Of a stretch of DNA of 64,000 bases, positions 41,141 to 57,237 are shown one piece after another. The stretch is from NCBI RefSeq assembly GCF_006345805.1, contig NC_043024.1, forward strand, positions 3,038,001 to 3,102,000, in the 5' to 3' direction. A model generated the notes under the pieces. The model searched no databases. It saw only the letters and a program-made list of their open reading frames with translations, and was not told the DNA's origin. The stretch's first letter is position 1. Every line of letters begins with the position of its first letter. The position numbers and the translations under genes were made by a program. The stretch comes from Octopus sinensis. Lineage: Eukaryota.

Positions 41141-41579
41141 AATAATTTTCAGGTCCACATAATCGTAAATGCTGTATCTGTTTGTTTAGACAGTTAATTA
41201 CCAATCATTTGTATATATTTGATTGGGTTTTCCTCTTAAATATCAGTCGTAAAGTGGAACTGATCAAACAATCAAGGTGCGTGAGAAACAGGAGCAAGAA
41301 ATACAATTAATGAGGAAGAGTTTTTACAATTAACAACGGCAACTAACTCCAGTCTTTAAAGAATTGCGGCTCTACTTTAAAAGATTTGGGATTTTGTGAA
41401 AGTGATTTCTTCAATATTCGGCTTCATCACTGTTATGGGTTGTTTCGTTCTAATGGGATAGACAACTCAATACGAAGCATAGTTATTCTTTTACGTGTTC
41501 ATTTAGTTTTTCATGTTACACAAACTGGACTACATTCAGCGCAGCGACACCGAATCACTTTAGACACAGCGTAGTAATA

Positions 41580-42147
41580 CTTATATACCTCCCCCCTAAC
41601 CCTAACCCTAATTTTTTTTTCTTAATTGTTAAATTAATTTAATTCCATTGCTTTAGATTTTTTTACACGCGTAACAATTAAATTAATTTAACAATTAAGA
41701 AAAAAAAAATTAGGGTTAGGGGTTAGGGGGGAGGTTTAGGGTTAGTTACAGGATGTTGTCTCAGTTTTAGACGCAGCAAATGATTTTAGCTCAAAAGAGA
41801 GCATAGGATTGGTTAAAATTCGAAAAATTAAACTACGTTAAACAAACAAATTACAATTTTCCCAAGAAAGCCAAGAGAAAAAAATGTTTTATTTTGACAC
41901 ATTCTACCAGAACATGAAGTTTTAAAGTGTTTAGTTAACTAGAAATTGTCTGCCGTTGAAAAGGAAAAGATCCGGAATTTGAACTCAGAACGGAAAGCCG
42001 GAATAAATGTCGCTAAGCGCTTTATCCGGCTTTACTGTCTGACAATTCTTCCAGCTCATCGAAAGTTTTAAAGTTTTTAATTAACTAGAAATTGTCTTCC
42101 GTTCAAAAAGAAAAGATCCGGAATTTGAACTCAGAACGTAAAGCCGG
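41580..42147. mobile_element. Composite palindromic MITE family (GATCTTTTC/GAAAAGATC ends, ccctaa-containing core)
   Basis: Related blocks at 47961-48732, 50003-50290 and 50410-51012. Confidence 0.7.
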
Positions 42148-43126
42148 AATAAATGTCGCTAAGCGCTTTATCCGGCTTTACGTTCTGACAATTCTTCCAG
42201 CTCATCGATTTCGAGCATCTGTACATAAGTAACATGGAGACGCAATGGCCCAGTGGTTAGGGCAGCGGATTCGCGGTCATAGGATCGCGGTTTCGATTCC
42301 CAGACCGGGCGTTGTGAGTGTTTATTGAACGAAAACACTTAAAGCTCCACTAGGCTCCGGCAGGGGATGGTGGTGATCCCTGCTGTACTCTTTCACCACA
42401 ACTTTCTCTCACTCTTACTTCCTGTTTCTGTTGTACCTGTATTTCAAACGGCCAGCCTTGACACTCTTTGTGTCACGCTGAATATCCCCGAGAACTACGT
42501 TAAGGGTTACACGTGTCTGTGGAGTGCTCAGCCACTTACACGTTAATTTCATGAGCAGGCTGTTCCGTTGATTCGGATCAACCGGAACCCTCATCGTCGT
42601 AACCGACGGAGTGCTTCCATTTCAAAGGGCTGGCCTTGTCACTCTCTGTGTCACGCTGAATATCCCCGAGAACTACGTTAAGGGTTACACGTGTCTGTGG
42701 AGTGCTCAGCCACTTACACGTTAATTTCACCACGAGCAGGCTGTTCCGTTGATTCGGATCAACCGGAACCGTCGTCGTCGTCGTAACCGACGGAGTGCTT
42801 CTATTACATAAGTAACTGATTTTACACCCGACGTCAACCCTGAATAAACGTCCGCCTCGCAGACTTTCTCTTCTCGCAGAATTCCGTCACCAAGTGTTGA
42901 GAGTCATTTCCCTTGATCCACTTCCCCCCTTACACCGGTTTTATTAGGAGTTTTTTTTTTGTTTTTTTAATTGTTAGTTTCACATTTGACACAGAATTGG
43001 TAAGTCTGATGGGGGTTTGTTTGTCTTTGAGGGTCAGAAGAAGGGTTCTGGGCATTGAAATTATCGCTTCAAGCTAAGAACACGGCTGCCAATTCCCTTA
43101 TACACACATCCATCCATATATACATC

Positions 43127-43175
<49 letters not shown>

Positions 43176-43482
43176 ATACATATATATATATGTATGTATG
43201 GTGCAATATTTATAAATATGTTGCAATGTCATTGTGTGTGTATATACATATATATTTATATATATATATATATGTTTACGCATAAATCTACATGTATATT
43301 GATTATATATATATATATATATATAAATAAATTTATATGTATATATATAAATATAAATCTATATGTATATATATATATATGTATATATAAATAAATCTAT
43401 ATGTATATATATATGTATATATATATATGTACATATATGTATATATATTCTTTATTTAAAAGCAGCTGAAATTCAACTCCGG

Positions 43483-43524
<42 letters not shown>

Positions 43525-44034
43525 AATCTATATATATATTGATTTATATATATATATACATTGTGTATATATTTATATACCCATTAATTTATACAGTATA
43601 TATACGTGTATACACATATAGGTTATATATATATATATATCATTGTTTATGTATGTAAATTTTACATATTATATAATGTATATTTTTATGAATATCTTTG
43701 TATATTAATTTGTGAATGACTACGTGTATATATATATTCATAAATAACGATGAACATTATACGTGCATATACGCATACCGTATATATATATATATATATA
43801 TATATGTACATATGTCTTATTATATACACCGGAATGTTGTATATATTCGTTGTTGTCTATGAAAGTCTGAGGGCACCGAAGAAATCCTTTATTTGGGTCT
43901 AATTTGTTGGGTTTGTTTCTTTTTAAACGTCTTTGAAAGACTTAAAAATCCTTCTTAAATTTCTTCTTCTTTGACTTGGAAACGAACCAAACGGAATAAT
44001 TCTGGTAAACATCACATGCCGACCTCCATAGACA

Positions 44035-45460
<1,426 letters not shown>

Positions 45461-47462
45461 AAAGTATGTGACCACATTTATATTTGTCTGTGTTTAAGGT
45501 GATGCCACAGCATGGCAGTAACCTATTGCTCGAAACAAACAAAGAATATATACACACATACACACATATACACACATATATATACACTCGTCGGCGTTTC
45601 TGAAGGCAGTTTGTCTCTCTTGTCATCTTTTAGTTCGTCCGTCGTTTCTTCCATTCTTCTTCACATCCGTCAATTCCTGACTTTTCCACTTTAAAACTAC
45701 ACGCAACCACGCTAGAAATAGCAGCTAAATCTCCCCTCAAATCCCACAACACGAATGTTAAAGAAATAATTCAATACAAAGAAAGAGACACGCTGTCTTT
45801 CGTTTTGTCTTACATTCAAAGAATTATCTGCTTTCGTTTTTGGTACTTTTTCTTGTTTCAGTCATTTGACTGCGGCCATGCTGGAGCACCGCCTTTTAGT
45901 CGAGCAAAACGACCCCGCGGGACTTATTCTTTTTGTAAGCCCAGTACTTATTCTATCGGTTCTCTTTTTGCCGAACCGCTAAGTGACGGGGACGTAAACA
46001 CACCAGCATCGGTTGTCAAGCAATGCTAGAGGGACAAACACAGACACACAAACACACATACATATATATATATACATACATATATACGACGGGCTTCTTT
46101 CAGTTTCCGTCTACCAAATCCACTCACAAAGCTTTGGTCGGCCCGGGGCTATAGCGGTAGACACTTGCCCAAGGTGCCACGCAGTGGGACTGAACCCGGA
46201 ACCATGTGGTTGGTAAGCAAGCTACTTACCACACAGCCACTCCTGCGCCTATATAAATATATACGACGGGCTTCTTTCAGTTTCTGTCTACCAAATCCAC
46301 TCACAAGGCATTGGTCGGCCCGAGGCTATAGCGGAAGACACTTGCCCAAGGTGCCACGCAGTGGGACTGAACCCGGAACCATGTGGTTGGTAAGCAAGCT
46401 ACTTACCACGCAGCCACTCCTACGCCCATAGCAATAATAATAATAATAATAATAATTTTTTTTTTTTTTGCAATTGGCAAATAATTTTGAGGAGAGGGGT
46501 CCGTCCAAGTCCAGTTATTTCGTCCTCTGTACTGACCAGTACTTCGGTCTGTCGTTCTCTCCGATGAGGACGCAAGGACGAAGAACCGGAAGAAATACTG
46601 CTGTTCATTTAGTCCGGTGTGCTTAGCAATTAGAGAGAAAGAGAAAAAAAATGTTTTTCTTAAGCAAATGAATTCGCAGTTTACCTGATATGTCTCGGAA
46701 AACGTTTAATCATTCATTTTTGCAAGTTCTTTTTTTGACAAACCACAATTTGTGTGAAATTATCAGGCGTCGCTTACACATCTTGTATGGTGGGTTTATA
46801 CTTTGTTGAAAATTTCAAGGTCTTTCTCTCTCTCTCTCTCTAATATATATATATGTGCATATATACAGTATGTATACAGTCGCACTCATATGAACTATAC
46901 GCATATATGTATATATATAATATACATACGTACGTACACACATATATATATACATACACACACATACATACATTTATACAGTTATGTGAGGCATATATAT
47001 ATATATATATATATATAGTGTGTATACAGTCACACTCATAAACATAAGCATGTATATATAATATACATACGTACGCATATATATATATACATACACACAC
47101 ACACACACACTTATACATATACACTATACACACATATATACATTTATACAGTTATGTGAGGCATATATATAGTGTGTATACAGTCACACTCATATAAACT
47201 ATACGCATATATGTATATATAATATACATACGTACGTACGCATATATATATATAATATATATACACTCACAGACTTACACATATACACTATATACACATA
47301 CATATGTATACATTTATACAGTTATGTGAGGCATATATGTAGTGTGTATACAGTCACACTCATATAAACTATACGCATATATGTATATATAATATACATA
47401 CGTACGTACACACACACATATATATATATATAATATATATACACGCAAGACATATACACTAT

Positions 47463-47531
<69 letters not shown>

Positions 47532-48949
47532 TAGAGTTATGTGAGGTTAATAGGGCACCGTCCATTAGGGTCGGACGAGACTAATATGTAAAGCCGAGTG
47601 CTTTACGGAAGCGACTACCTGGGTAACCCAATTAACTGACCTTAACTCTCTAAACGTACGTATAAAGGTGTAACTATACTTTGCAACCCCTCTCAACTTA
47701 GTCCTCTTGTAACTATCTCAGTATTAAATATTTTAAAATTAAATTTTGCCAATAGGTTTCCCAAGGTACAGAACACGAGTGTATTTGGGACATATTTTTT
47801 TTCTTATAATATCATCATCTTGACTGATTTTTATTGATTATCAATTCGTAATTACAAATAACCCAGTTTACGTGTAATTTATTACAAATCGAAAATATCG
47901 AATCATAATACTTTCAGTTAGTATTGTTAAATTTCCCGTGAGCAGCTCCACCTATCTTTGGATCTTTTCGGTTTGAACGGCAGTTTTTTCTAGCGGTATC
48001 ATACGAAATTGTCACCCATAATTATGACCCTAGTATCGATCTATTGCATTTCAATCTGTTTTAGGGTTAGGGATGGGGGAAGGGTACTTTTTTTTTCTTT
48101 CACAAATGTAAATAAACCCAATCTGTTTCTTAAACGAGGGACATATTCATACGACACAGAATGTTTTTTTTACCTCAATGGACGTCATTGATTGGTTGAA
48201 ATTGCAGAAATTGAAGAAAAAAACAACAAATATCTTACAAACTATAGAATTTTCTCAATAAAGCCAAGAGAAAAAGATGTTTTATAAACACATTCTACCA
48301 GTATACGAAGTTTAACATTTTTTAGTTACCTAGAAATTATTTTTAAAAACTGCCGTTCAAACCGAAAAGATCCCATAGTGTATTTAGAACTGAAGAAAAA
48401 AAACCCAAATATCTTACTAACTATAGGATTTTCTCAATAAAGCCAAGAGAAAAAGATGTTTAATAAACACATTCTACCAGTATACGAAGTTTAAAAGTGT
48501 TTAGTTAACTAGAAATTGTTTTTAAAAACTGCCGTTCAAACCGAAAAGATCCCATAGTGTATTTAGAACTGAAGAAAAAAAACCCAAATATCTTACTAAC
48601 TATAGGATTTTCTCAATAAAGCCAAGAGAAAAAGATGTTTAATAAACACATTCTACCAGTATACGAAGTTTAAAAGTGTTTAGTTAACTAGAAATTGTGT
48701 TAAAAAAACTGCCGTCAAACCGAAAAGATCCCACAAGTATATTTAGGACATTTTTTTGTTTCTTATAACATTATCTTGACTGATTATCTTGATTGATTAT
48801 CAACTCGTAATTACAAATAACCCAATTTACGTGTAATTTATTACAAATCGAAAATATCGAATCATAATACTTTCAGTTAGTATTGTTAAATTAATTTCCC
48901 GTGAGTAAGTACTTGTTGAAGATTAACAAATTTCAAAATACTATATTGA

Positions 48950-49280
48950 GGTCAGCGGACATATCTCGATATATACCGAAGTTAGGGTAATATGCTTTTT
49001 ACTAAAGCTTGCCAGCTGTTTTTGCTTCCTCTTGTGGGAAAGTCGGTCGAACTTAGATAAGAAACGGTTTATTATTCATAAAGACAAACTGGAAGTGAAA
49101 ATTCGTGGAAAATAGCGGCGATAGTGAAAGTTAAATTAACAAGGTGTAGGAATATAGGTCGGTCTGTGAGCGGGAAAAAAAACGGTACGTTATTTTTCAA
49201 AGTCCGCCCATTTTTTTCCTTCCCCGCCGTCTGTCATTTGTACAGTGGAAAAAATATCAAAAGAAATTTGATATTCTGTT
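48950..49280 (+). promoter_or_regulatory. Candidate NFX1 promoter and non-coding first exon
   Basis: Non-repetitive, CpG-containing island with a ggaagtg ETS-like motif and possible donors at aag|gtgtag (about 49143) or acg|gtacgt. The NFX1 coding exon begins with an acceptor, so an upstream exon is required. Confidence 0.35.
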
Positions 49281-49328
49281 TTTAAATGGCTTGACTCCTG
49301 ACACCTCGGTTGATACTTCACTGTAAAA

Positions 49329-49829
49329 TCTTTATATATAAAAGTGAAGTTCTGTGTCTGTCTCCTACGATTTACATTCCTAACTACTCCCACATTTTGC
49401 GGTGCAGTTTAACCAAAACCGGGTATCTTATAGTCGTGATTCATATCGAGCCCTTCTGGGTATTAGCGCGCGTCTTACGATGAGTCTACGATTAAAAAAA
49501 AAATTTACCATAATTTTTTCCATTTTAATGCATTTTTTTCGCTATTATATAAAGGAAGTAACTCTCTAAAAATGTCTACGATGAGTTTACGATTTAAAAA
49601 AAATTACCATAATTTTGTTTCCATTTTTAATGCATTTTTTCGCTATTATATAAGGGAAGTAACTCTCTAAAAATGTCTACGATGAGTTTACGATTTAAAA
49701 AAAAAATTTACCATAATTTTTTTTTCCCATTTTTAATGCATTTTTTTGCTATTTTTTGGCTATAACTCTAAAAATGCTTATATAGTTATTTCCCTTACAA
49801 ACCCAAGCAACGCTGGACGATACTGCTAG
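49329..49829 (+). mobile_element. Non-autonomous Helitron, sister of 15490-16003
   Basis: a|TC start, 3' hairpin plus CTAG|t, internal tandem repeats of about 90 bp. Confidence 0.8.
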
Positions 49830-51398
49830 TTATACATCAAACCCACCACACCGTTTCATTAATATCTATACCCGTCTCTCTGTCTCTGTATATATCTACC
49901 TATCTCTTTATGTCTGTGTGTCTCTCACTTTATCTTTAACTGACTGTCTTGTCTGTCTGTCGTCGCTCTCTCTCCATTTTGTCTGACTGTCTGTCTGATT
50001 TATCGGATCTTTTCCTTTTGAAGGCCAGATTTCAACACAATTTCTAGTTAACTAAACACTTTTAAACTTCATATACTTGTAGAATGTGTTTATAAAACAT
50101 CATTTTCTCTTGGCTTTATTGAGAAAATTCTATAGTTTGTAAGATATTTGTTGTTTTTTTTCTTCAATTTCTGCAATTTCAACCAATCAATGACGTCTAT
50201 TGAGGAAAAAAACATTCTGTGCCGTATGAATATGTCCCTCGTTTAAGAAACAGTTTGGGTTTATGGATCTTTTCGGTTTCAACGGCAGTTTTTAAAAATA
50301 ATTTCCACGTAACTAAACACTTTTAAACTTCGTATACTTGTAGAATGTGTTTATAAAACATCATTTTCTCTTGGCTTTATTGAGAAAATTCTATAGTTTG
50401 TAAGATATTTCGTCTGAGAATCCGAGCATTTCAGCAATTTTAACCAATCGATTACCTCCATTCAACTAAAATCATTTGCTGCGTCTAAAACTGAGACAAC
50501 ATCCTGTAACTAACCCTAAACCTCCCCCTAACCCTAACCCTAAATTTTTTCTTTCTTAATTGTTAAATTAATTTAATTCCATTGCTTTAGTTTTTTTTAC
50601 ACGCGTAACAATTAAATTAATTTAACAATTAAGAAAAAAAAATTTAGGGTTGGGGGGAGGTTTAGGGTTAGTTACATGATGTTGTATCAGTTTTAGACGC
50701 AGCAAATGATTTTAGCTCAAAAGAGAGCATAGGATTGGTTAAAATTCGAAAAATTAAACTACGTTAAACAAACAAATTACAATTTTCTCAAGAAAGCCAA
50801 GAGAAAAAAATGTTTTATTTTGACACATTCTACCAGAACATTGAAGTTTTAAAGTGTTTAGTTAACTAGATATTGTGTTGAAATCTGGCCTTCAAATGGA
50901 AAAGATCCAAAAAGGTTTTATTTTGACACATTCTACCAGAACATTGAAGTTTTAAAGTGTTTAGTTAACTAGAAATTGTGTTGAAATCTGGCCTTCAAAC
51001 GGAAAAGATCCGATTTATCCCTGTCTGTTATCGAGGAAAGAATATGAGGGATAAGGGTTCCACACGTGTCCCTTTTGTTGTTTAACAACAACACAGGCAA
51101 TGAATATACCGTATCGATCCCTCGTTAACGAAAGCAATTAGTACAGTACCATTTCACTTGTTGTCCGGCCATTTTTAATGTTGTCATTTGAATTATTTAA
51201 TGATGAAAAATGTATTTACAAATCCAAACTAAATTACCGCAGGAGTGGCTGTGTGGTAAGTAGCTTGCTAACCAACCACATGGTTCCGGGTTCAGTCCCA
51301 CTGCGTGGCATCTTGGGCAAGTGTCTTCTACTATAGCCTCGGGCCGACCAAAGCCTTGTGAGTGGATTTGGTAGACAGAAACAGAAAGAAGCCCGTCG

Positions 51399-51425
<27 letters not shown>

Positions 51426-51429
<4 letters not shown>

Positions 51430-51557
51430 GGTGTCCCCCAAAAATGTATACACACCTTAAATAATTGTAAATTTGTTATTCTTTGTAAGCCTAGTACTTA
51501 TTCTATCGTTCTCTTTTGCCGAACAACTATGTGTATACATTTTTTTGGGACACCTGT
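51426..51557. mobile_element. Small Tc1/mariner-type MITE
   Basis: ta|cagggtgtcccccaaaaatgtatacac ... gtgtatacatttttttgggacacctg|ta. Confidence 0.65.
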
Positions 51558-52197
51558 ATATATATATGTGTGTGGGTGTGTGTGTGTGTGTGTATGTATT
51601 TATATATATAGGCGCAGGAGTGGCTGTGTGGTAAGTAGCTTGCTAACCAACACATGGTTCCGGGTTCAGTCCCACTGCGTGCATCTTGGGCAAGTGTCTT
51701 CTGCTATAGCCCCGGGCCGACCAATGCCTTGTGAGTAGATTTGGTAGACGGAAACTGAAAGAAGCCTGTAGTATATATGTATATGTATGGATATATATAT
51801 ATGATATATATCCTATATGTATATATAATATGGATATATATATATATCATATATAAAATGATATAGTAGTGATATTATTATATATATATATATATCTTTA
51901 GTATATAATAGATCTGAGTATCTATATATTATATATATATATGTATATATATGATATATCTATATATGTTAGTATCTATATATATATGATATATATAATA
52001 TAGAGTATATATATAGATATATATATATCTAGTATATATATATATTATATAGGATATCTAATATATATATATGTCTATAGATATCTATATGTATTATATA
52101 TATATATATATGTATATTATATATGTATATGTATAGATATAGATATATATGTATATATATATATATATATGGATATATATAGTATATATATATGTAT

Positions 52198-52235
<38 letters not shown>

Positions 52236-52439
52236 ATAGGTATATATCTATATATATATGTATAATATATAATATATATATTATGTATATATCTATATAT
52301 ATATGTATATCTATATCTATATATATATGTATTATATATATATATATGTATATATATATTATATATATATATATATATATAGGTATATATATGTATATAT
52401 ATATAGGTATATATATATATGTAGTATATATATGTATAT

Positions 52440-52473
<34 letters not shown>

Positions 52474-52599
52474 GTATATATATATATGTATATATAATGT
52501 ATATATATATAGTATATATTATATATAATGTATATATATATATATATATGATATATATATTATATATATAATATAATATATGTATATATATATGTATAT

Positions 52600-52632
<33 letters not shown>

Positions 52633-53551
52633 GTCTATATATAGCCCCGGGCCGACCAATGCCTTGTGAGTGGATTTGGTAGACGGAAACTGAAAGAAGC
52701 CTGTCGTATATATGTATATGTTGTGTGTGTTTGTGTGTCTGTTTGTCCTCCTAGCATTGCTTGACAACCGATGCCGGTGTGTTTACGTCCCCATCACTTA
52801 GCGGTTCGGCAAAAGAGACCGATAGAATAAGTACTGGGCTTACAAAAGAATAAGTCCCGTGGGTCGATTTGCTCGACTAAAAGGCGTTGCTCCAGCATGG
52901 CCGCAGTCAAATGACTGAAACAAGTAAGAGAGTAAAAGAGGCTGTTCTGTTGATCGGATCAACTGGAACCCTCCCCGTCATAACTGACAGTGTCCTACGA
53001 TAGTAGAAGACACTTGCCCAAGGTGCCATGCAGTGGGACTGAACCCAGAACCACGTGGCTGGAAAGGAAGCTGCTTACCACACAGCCACACCTGTGCCTA
53101 TTCTAACTATGCTAATGTCTTCTCTTTTACTTGTTTCAGTCATTTGACTGTGGCCATGCTGGAGCACTGCCTTTTAATCGAGCAACTCGACCCCGGGACT
53201 TATTCTTTTGTAAGACCAGTACTTATTCTATCGGTCTCTTTTGCCGAACCGCTAAGTGATGGGGATGTAAACACACCAGCATCGGTTGTCAAGCAATGCT
53301 AGGGGGACATACTCAAACATACACGCACACACATATATACATATATACGACGGGCTTCTTTCAGTTTCCGTCTACCAAATCCACTCACAAGGCTTTGGTC
53401 GGCCCGAGGCTATAGTAGAAGACACTTGCCCAAGGTGCCACGCAGTGGGACTGAACCCGGAACCATGTGATTGGTAAATAAGCTACTCTGTTTATTAATA
53501 AAACCTGTTTTTCTCTTTTTCTATTTTTTTCCCCTCCAGATTTATCTTGAA

Positions 53552-54791
53552 ATGGCTAATCCTGATCAGTTTGCTAATCAAAGATTTTATCCCGGTCACA
53601 TATCGAGATCTCCTCCGTCGGTCGCCCCTGCCTACAGTAATTCTCAATTAAACAGTGCTGCCCCAGTGTTCGTTCCCAACGAGCATTACCATGCCATCAA
53701 CAGTAATGTCCACCCTGATGGTTACTCAGCTCAGGCTATGGGTTTGCCCGCATATGCTCATTATGGTCAGTTTCCTGGACACCAGCAAAACCCGCGAGAG
53801 AAACACAATATGCCTCGACATCAGCGAGAAAATACCGAGAAAAGGGCCCCTAAATTCCACAACCCCGACAGAAAACGGGGCCGCTCTTATAGTCAGTATC
53901 CGCAAAATAACGTAAGGGCCCCAAACAGAGGTGCACATTCTTACAGGATGGACAATAGGAATGGTAGTAAATTTAATGAAAATAATGGCGCTGAAATTGT
54001 GGATATTAACCGGTCTTCTTGGAGCAACCAGAAGAATTACTATAGGGGTTCTGCGAACCCGAAATCCAAATGGAATGAACCAAAACATAGCAAAGACGGT
54101 TACCAGCATGATGGGGCCTGGCCTCACGAATACCATAACAAGAAGCAGCACCCACCGTTGGGTCAAAGGAATCATAATTTATCGTTTGAAAGGAATGTTT
54201 ACTACTATTCTGGAGAGCCGCAAAACAGCGCCGCTTTGGTTGTGTCTGATGACAGAACGCCACATTGGGGCCATTTGGGAGTAGCTCATAATAGAAGCGC
54301 CACGTTGGACGAGACTAATGAAAGAATGACTACTATGGCATTGAGTATGCCTTCCAATATGTCGTTGCAAGAAAATTTCCACACGACCGATTCTTCTTAT
54401 CAGTCAAAGCCTCGACATAAGCATGTAAGTAACAACTATTCGAGGAACGGTAGAAATTGGTACGATAAATCGGGTGACAGGAACCCTAATAAGGAGAGAG
54501 CGCCTTCACACACAAAAGATAACTTCTCCGGGAACCACGACAGAATGGCAAAACCCGAAAGCTTACCGAAAAATAAGCAAAGCAGCAGATACGCTCCGCG
54601 GCCTGCGAGACACTCTGAGGAGTTTCGGCAGGTCCGTTCCCATGATCGGAACTACCAGAGACCAAGCGTTCCTTGGAAAGCGAAGAAAGACTACAACAAA
54701 GAGAGGAATCGAAGGGAATCTTTGGATAAGAAAGAATATGAAGACGATGATGAAGATTCTGCTAATGAGATGGATGATGAGAACCAAAGAG
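53552..54791 (+). CDS. NFX1: NFX1 (NF-X1 transcriptional repressor / RING E3) first coding exon, with PAM2-like motif and long disordered N-terminus
   Basis: Acceptor cccctccag| at 53539, ATG at 53552, SQLNSAAPVFVP (53642-53677), phase-1 donor G|gtatgt, splices in frame to the RING exon. Confidence 0.85.
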
Positions 54792-54804
54792 GTATGTCGC
54801 TTTT

Positions 54805-55330
54805 TGCATTCTTATGAGACTTTTCCTTCTGTCCCCTACTGCGTACTCACCCTGTCCAGTCCTCACTTCACTTATATCCCACCCCCTATATTCAACCCCC
54901 ACACTGTACCTTGAGGGTGTGTCCTGACACATACGCCCAACCATCTCTCTCACTCTCTCCATCTCTATCTTTCCCTTCCTTCTCCAACTGGGTGGAGGGG
55001 CTCCTTGTTTCTCTTCTACAGCAAGACCCCTATCTCTGTCCCTCTGTTATTCTTTTAACCTCACTTTTTGCATTCTTATGAATCTTTTCCTTCTGTCCCC
55101 TACTACGTACTCCCCCTGTCCAATCCTCACTTCATTTATATCCCACCCCCTATATTCAAACCCCACACTGTACCTTGAGGGTGTGTCCTGACACATATCC
55201 CCAACCATCTCCTCTCACTCTCTCCATCTCTATCCTTCCCTTCCTTCTCCAACCGGGGTATCCTTGTTTCTCTTCTACAGCAAGACCCCTATCTCTTGTC
55301 CCTCTGTTATTCTTTTAACCTCTCGTCAAC
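54805..55330. repeat. Tandem duplication of about 262 bp, pyrimidine-rich, just after the NFX1 donor
   Basis: ttttgcattcttatga...tcttttaacctc occurs twice. Confidence 0.85.
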
Positions 55331-55734
55331 TGGCACGAAGCCACCTCCCTTTTGCGTAATTTTGACAGTTTATTCATCTCACCCTGTCTTTTGTGATGTC
55401 CCAAACACCATCTTAACCCTTTTGTTACCAACCCGGCTGAAACTGCCTCTGGCTCTGTAGTACAAATGTCTTGTTTTCGTAAGTTTTGAATTAAAATCTT
55501 TCACCAAACCTTAGTCACAATTAATGTTCCTAACATTAGCTTAATGATAATGAAGTTATTTTACTAAATTCGTTGTTATATTTAAAATAATTGAGAGAAA
55601 CACAGACCATCACAAAATAAATACAGTAACGAAAAGGTTAATAAATGCACTTATCTAAACAATCATTTTTCTAAATCCCTCTACAATTCTTCATAAATAT
55701 ACAAATTAACTAAAACATATTTAGTATATATTTG

Positions 55735-57180
55735 GTATCATAATCATCATTGTTCGACCATGGTCGAGACAATGGAATTTACTATGTTACGCCAGACTTC
55801 ACGGTCCATCATAGCATTACGGAGGTCCTGTTGCTGGATGCCTGTATCCCTGGAGATTACATCAGGGTAGGAGTGTGCGCCCTCTGGTATCACGAGCAGA
55901 TGGCTTCCAGAGGAGAAGAGTAGAAATTACCTCGTTTTCAGCTCTACAACAATGTCCAGCAAACTGGACTCTCCTACCTTTCACAAGAGATGATACAGGT
56001 GGTAGTTTCCCATATATTTGCATTTTGGTTGGATGACGCCTCCACGAGAGATTTTGAGCTCTCATAAGGAGGCGAGTGTAAGTTCCATCCAACCGCCTCT
56101 CAAGCTTCTTTGATAACGTCCAGGTTTCTGAGCCATATAGTAGAATTGGTTCGACTGTGGCTTTGAAGATTTTATGTTTGAAATCTCAACAACCCTGCAA
56201 CCTATGGCTCTGAGATGACACAGTTGGTAATTTCCCATATATTTGTACTTTGTTAAGTTAATTTTTTGGCTCAAAAAGCAAAAAGCAAGGCCATGTTGGG
56301 GGACATGGAGTTATGTACAGGGTGGTGTTCATGCAAAGAGTTCAGGCCATTTCTGGTCAAGAGCGACTTTGATCCGAGTGGTTTTCGGCATCTTCACTAT
56401 CTTGTCCGGCAGCTTATTCCATGGATCTGCAACCCGGACAGAGAAAGACCCTCTCCTTCAATTGAGATGAAATCGTCGCAGATAGAGCTTTTCGGAGTGA
56501 CCCCGCAGCCGACGCTCTGGAGCAGGAGTGAAGAACAGCTCTTTCGAGAGGTTACACTTTCTGCTTATGATGTTGTGAGCAAGAATGAGATTACCACGGC
56601 GTCGTCGTTTTTCTAGAGAATAAAGGTCGAGCGTCTTCAGCCTTTCTTCATAAGACAAATTCTTTGGTTGGATGACGCTTCCACGAGAGATTCTGAGCTC
56701 TCATAAGGAGGCGAGTGTAAGTTCCATCCAACCGCCTCTCAAGCTTCTTTGATAACGTCCAAGTTTCTGAGCCATATAGTAGAATTGGTTACTGTATTTA
56801 TTTTGAGATGCTCTGTGTTTCTTTCAATCAATTTTAAATATAACAAAGAATTTAGTAAAATATTTTAGTTATCATTAAGCTAATGTTAGGAACATAAATT
56901 GTGACTAAGATTTGGTGGAAGATTTTAAGTCAAAATTTATGAAAACAAGACATTTGTATTACAGAACTAGAGCCGTTTTCAGCCGGGTTGGTCTCAAAAG
57001 GGTTAAGTTTGAAATCTCAACCACCCTGCAACCTATGGCTCTGAGATGACACAGGTGGTAATTTCCCATATATTTGTACTTTGGTTGGATGACGCCTCCA
57101 TGAGAGATTTTGAGCTCTCATAAGGAGGCGAGTGTAGGTTCCATCCAACCGCCTCTCAAGCTTCTTTGATAACGTCTTGG
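55735..57180 (-). mobile_element. Interleaved fragments of a second RTE-like LINE C-terminus and a CR1-type LINE 3' end
   Basis: RRVQFAGHCCRA (RTE-like; partial repeats at 56655-56790 and 57005-57180). YSLEKRRRRGNLI...GHSEKL (CR1-type, 56256-56660). Confidence 0.8.
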
Positions 57181-57237
57181 CGTATATATTTTGTAGAAGA
57201 AACCCGACTGACCATATGCGTTTCGTTCCTCATTCAG

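Noticed and set aside
46555-46590. ccgatgaggacgcaaggacgaag, a hammerhead look-alike
   Set aside because: The core is altered and the stem II arms are direct repeats (ggac/ggac), not complementary.
53655-54962. Overlapping alternative-frame and antisense ORFs inside the NFX1 exon
   Set aside because: Shadow ORFs of the real coding exon with no recognisable motifs.
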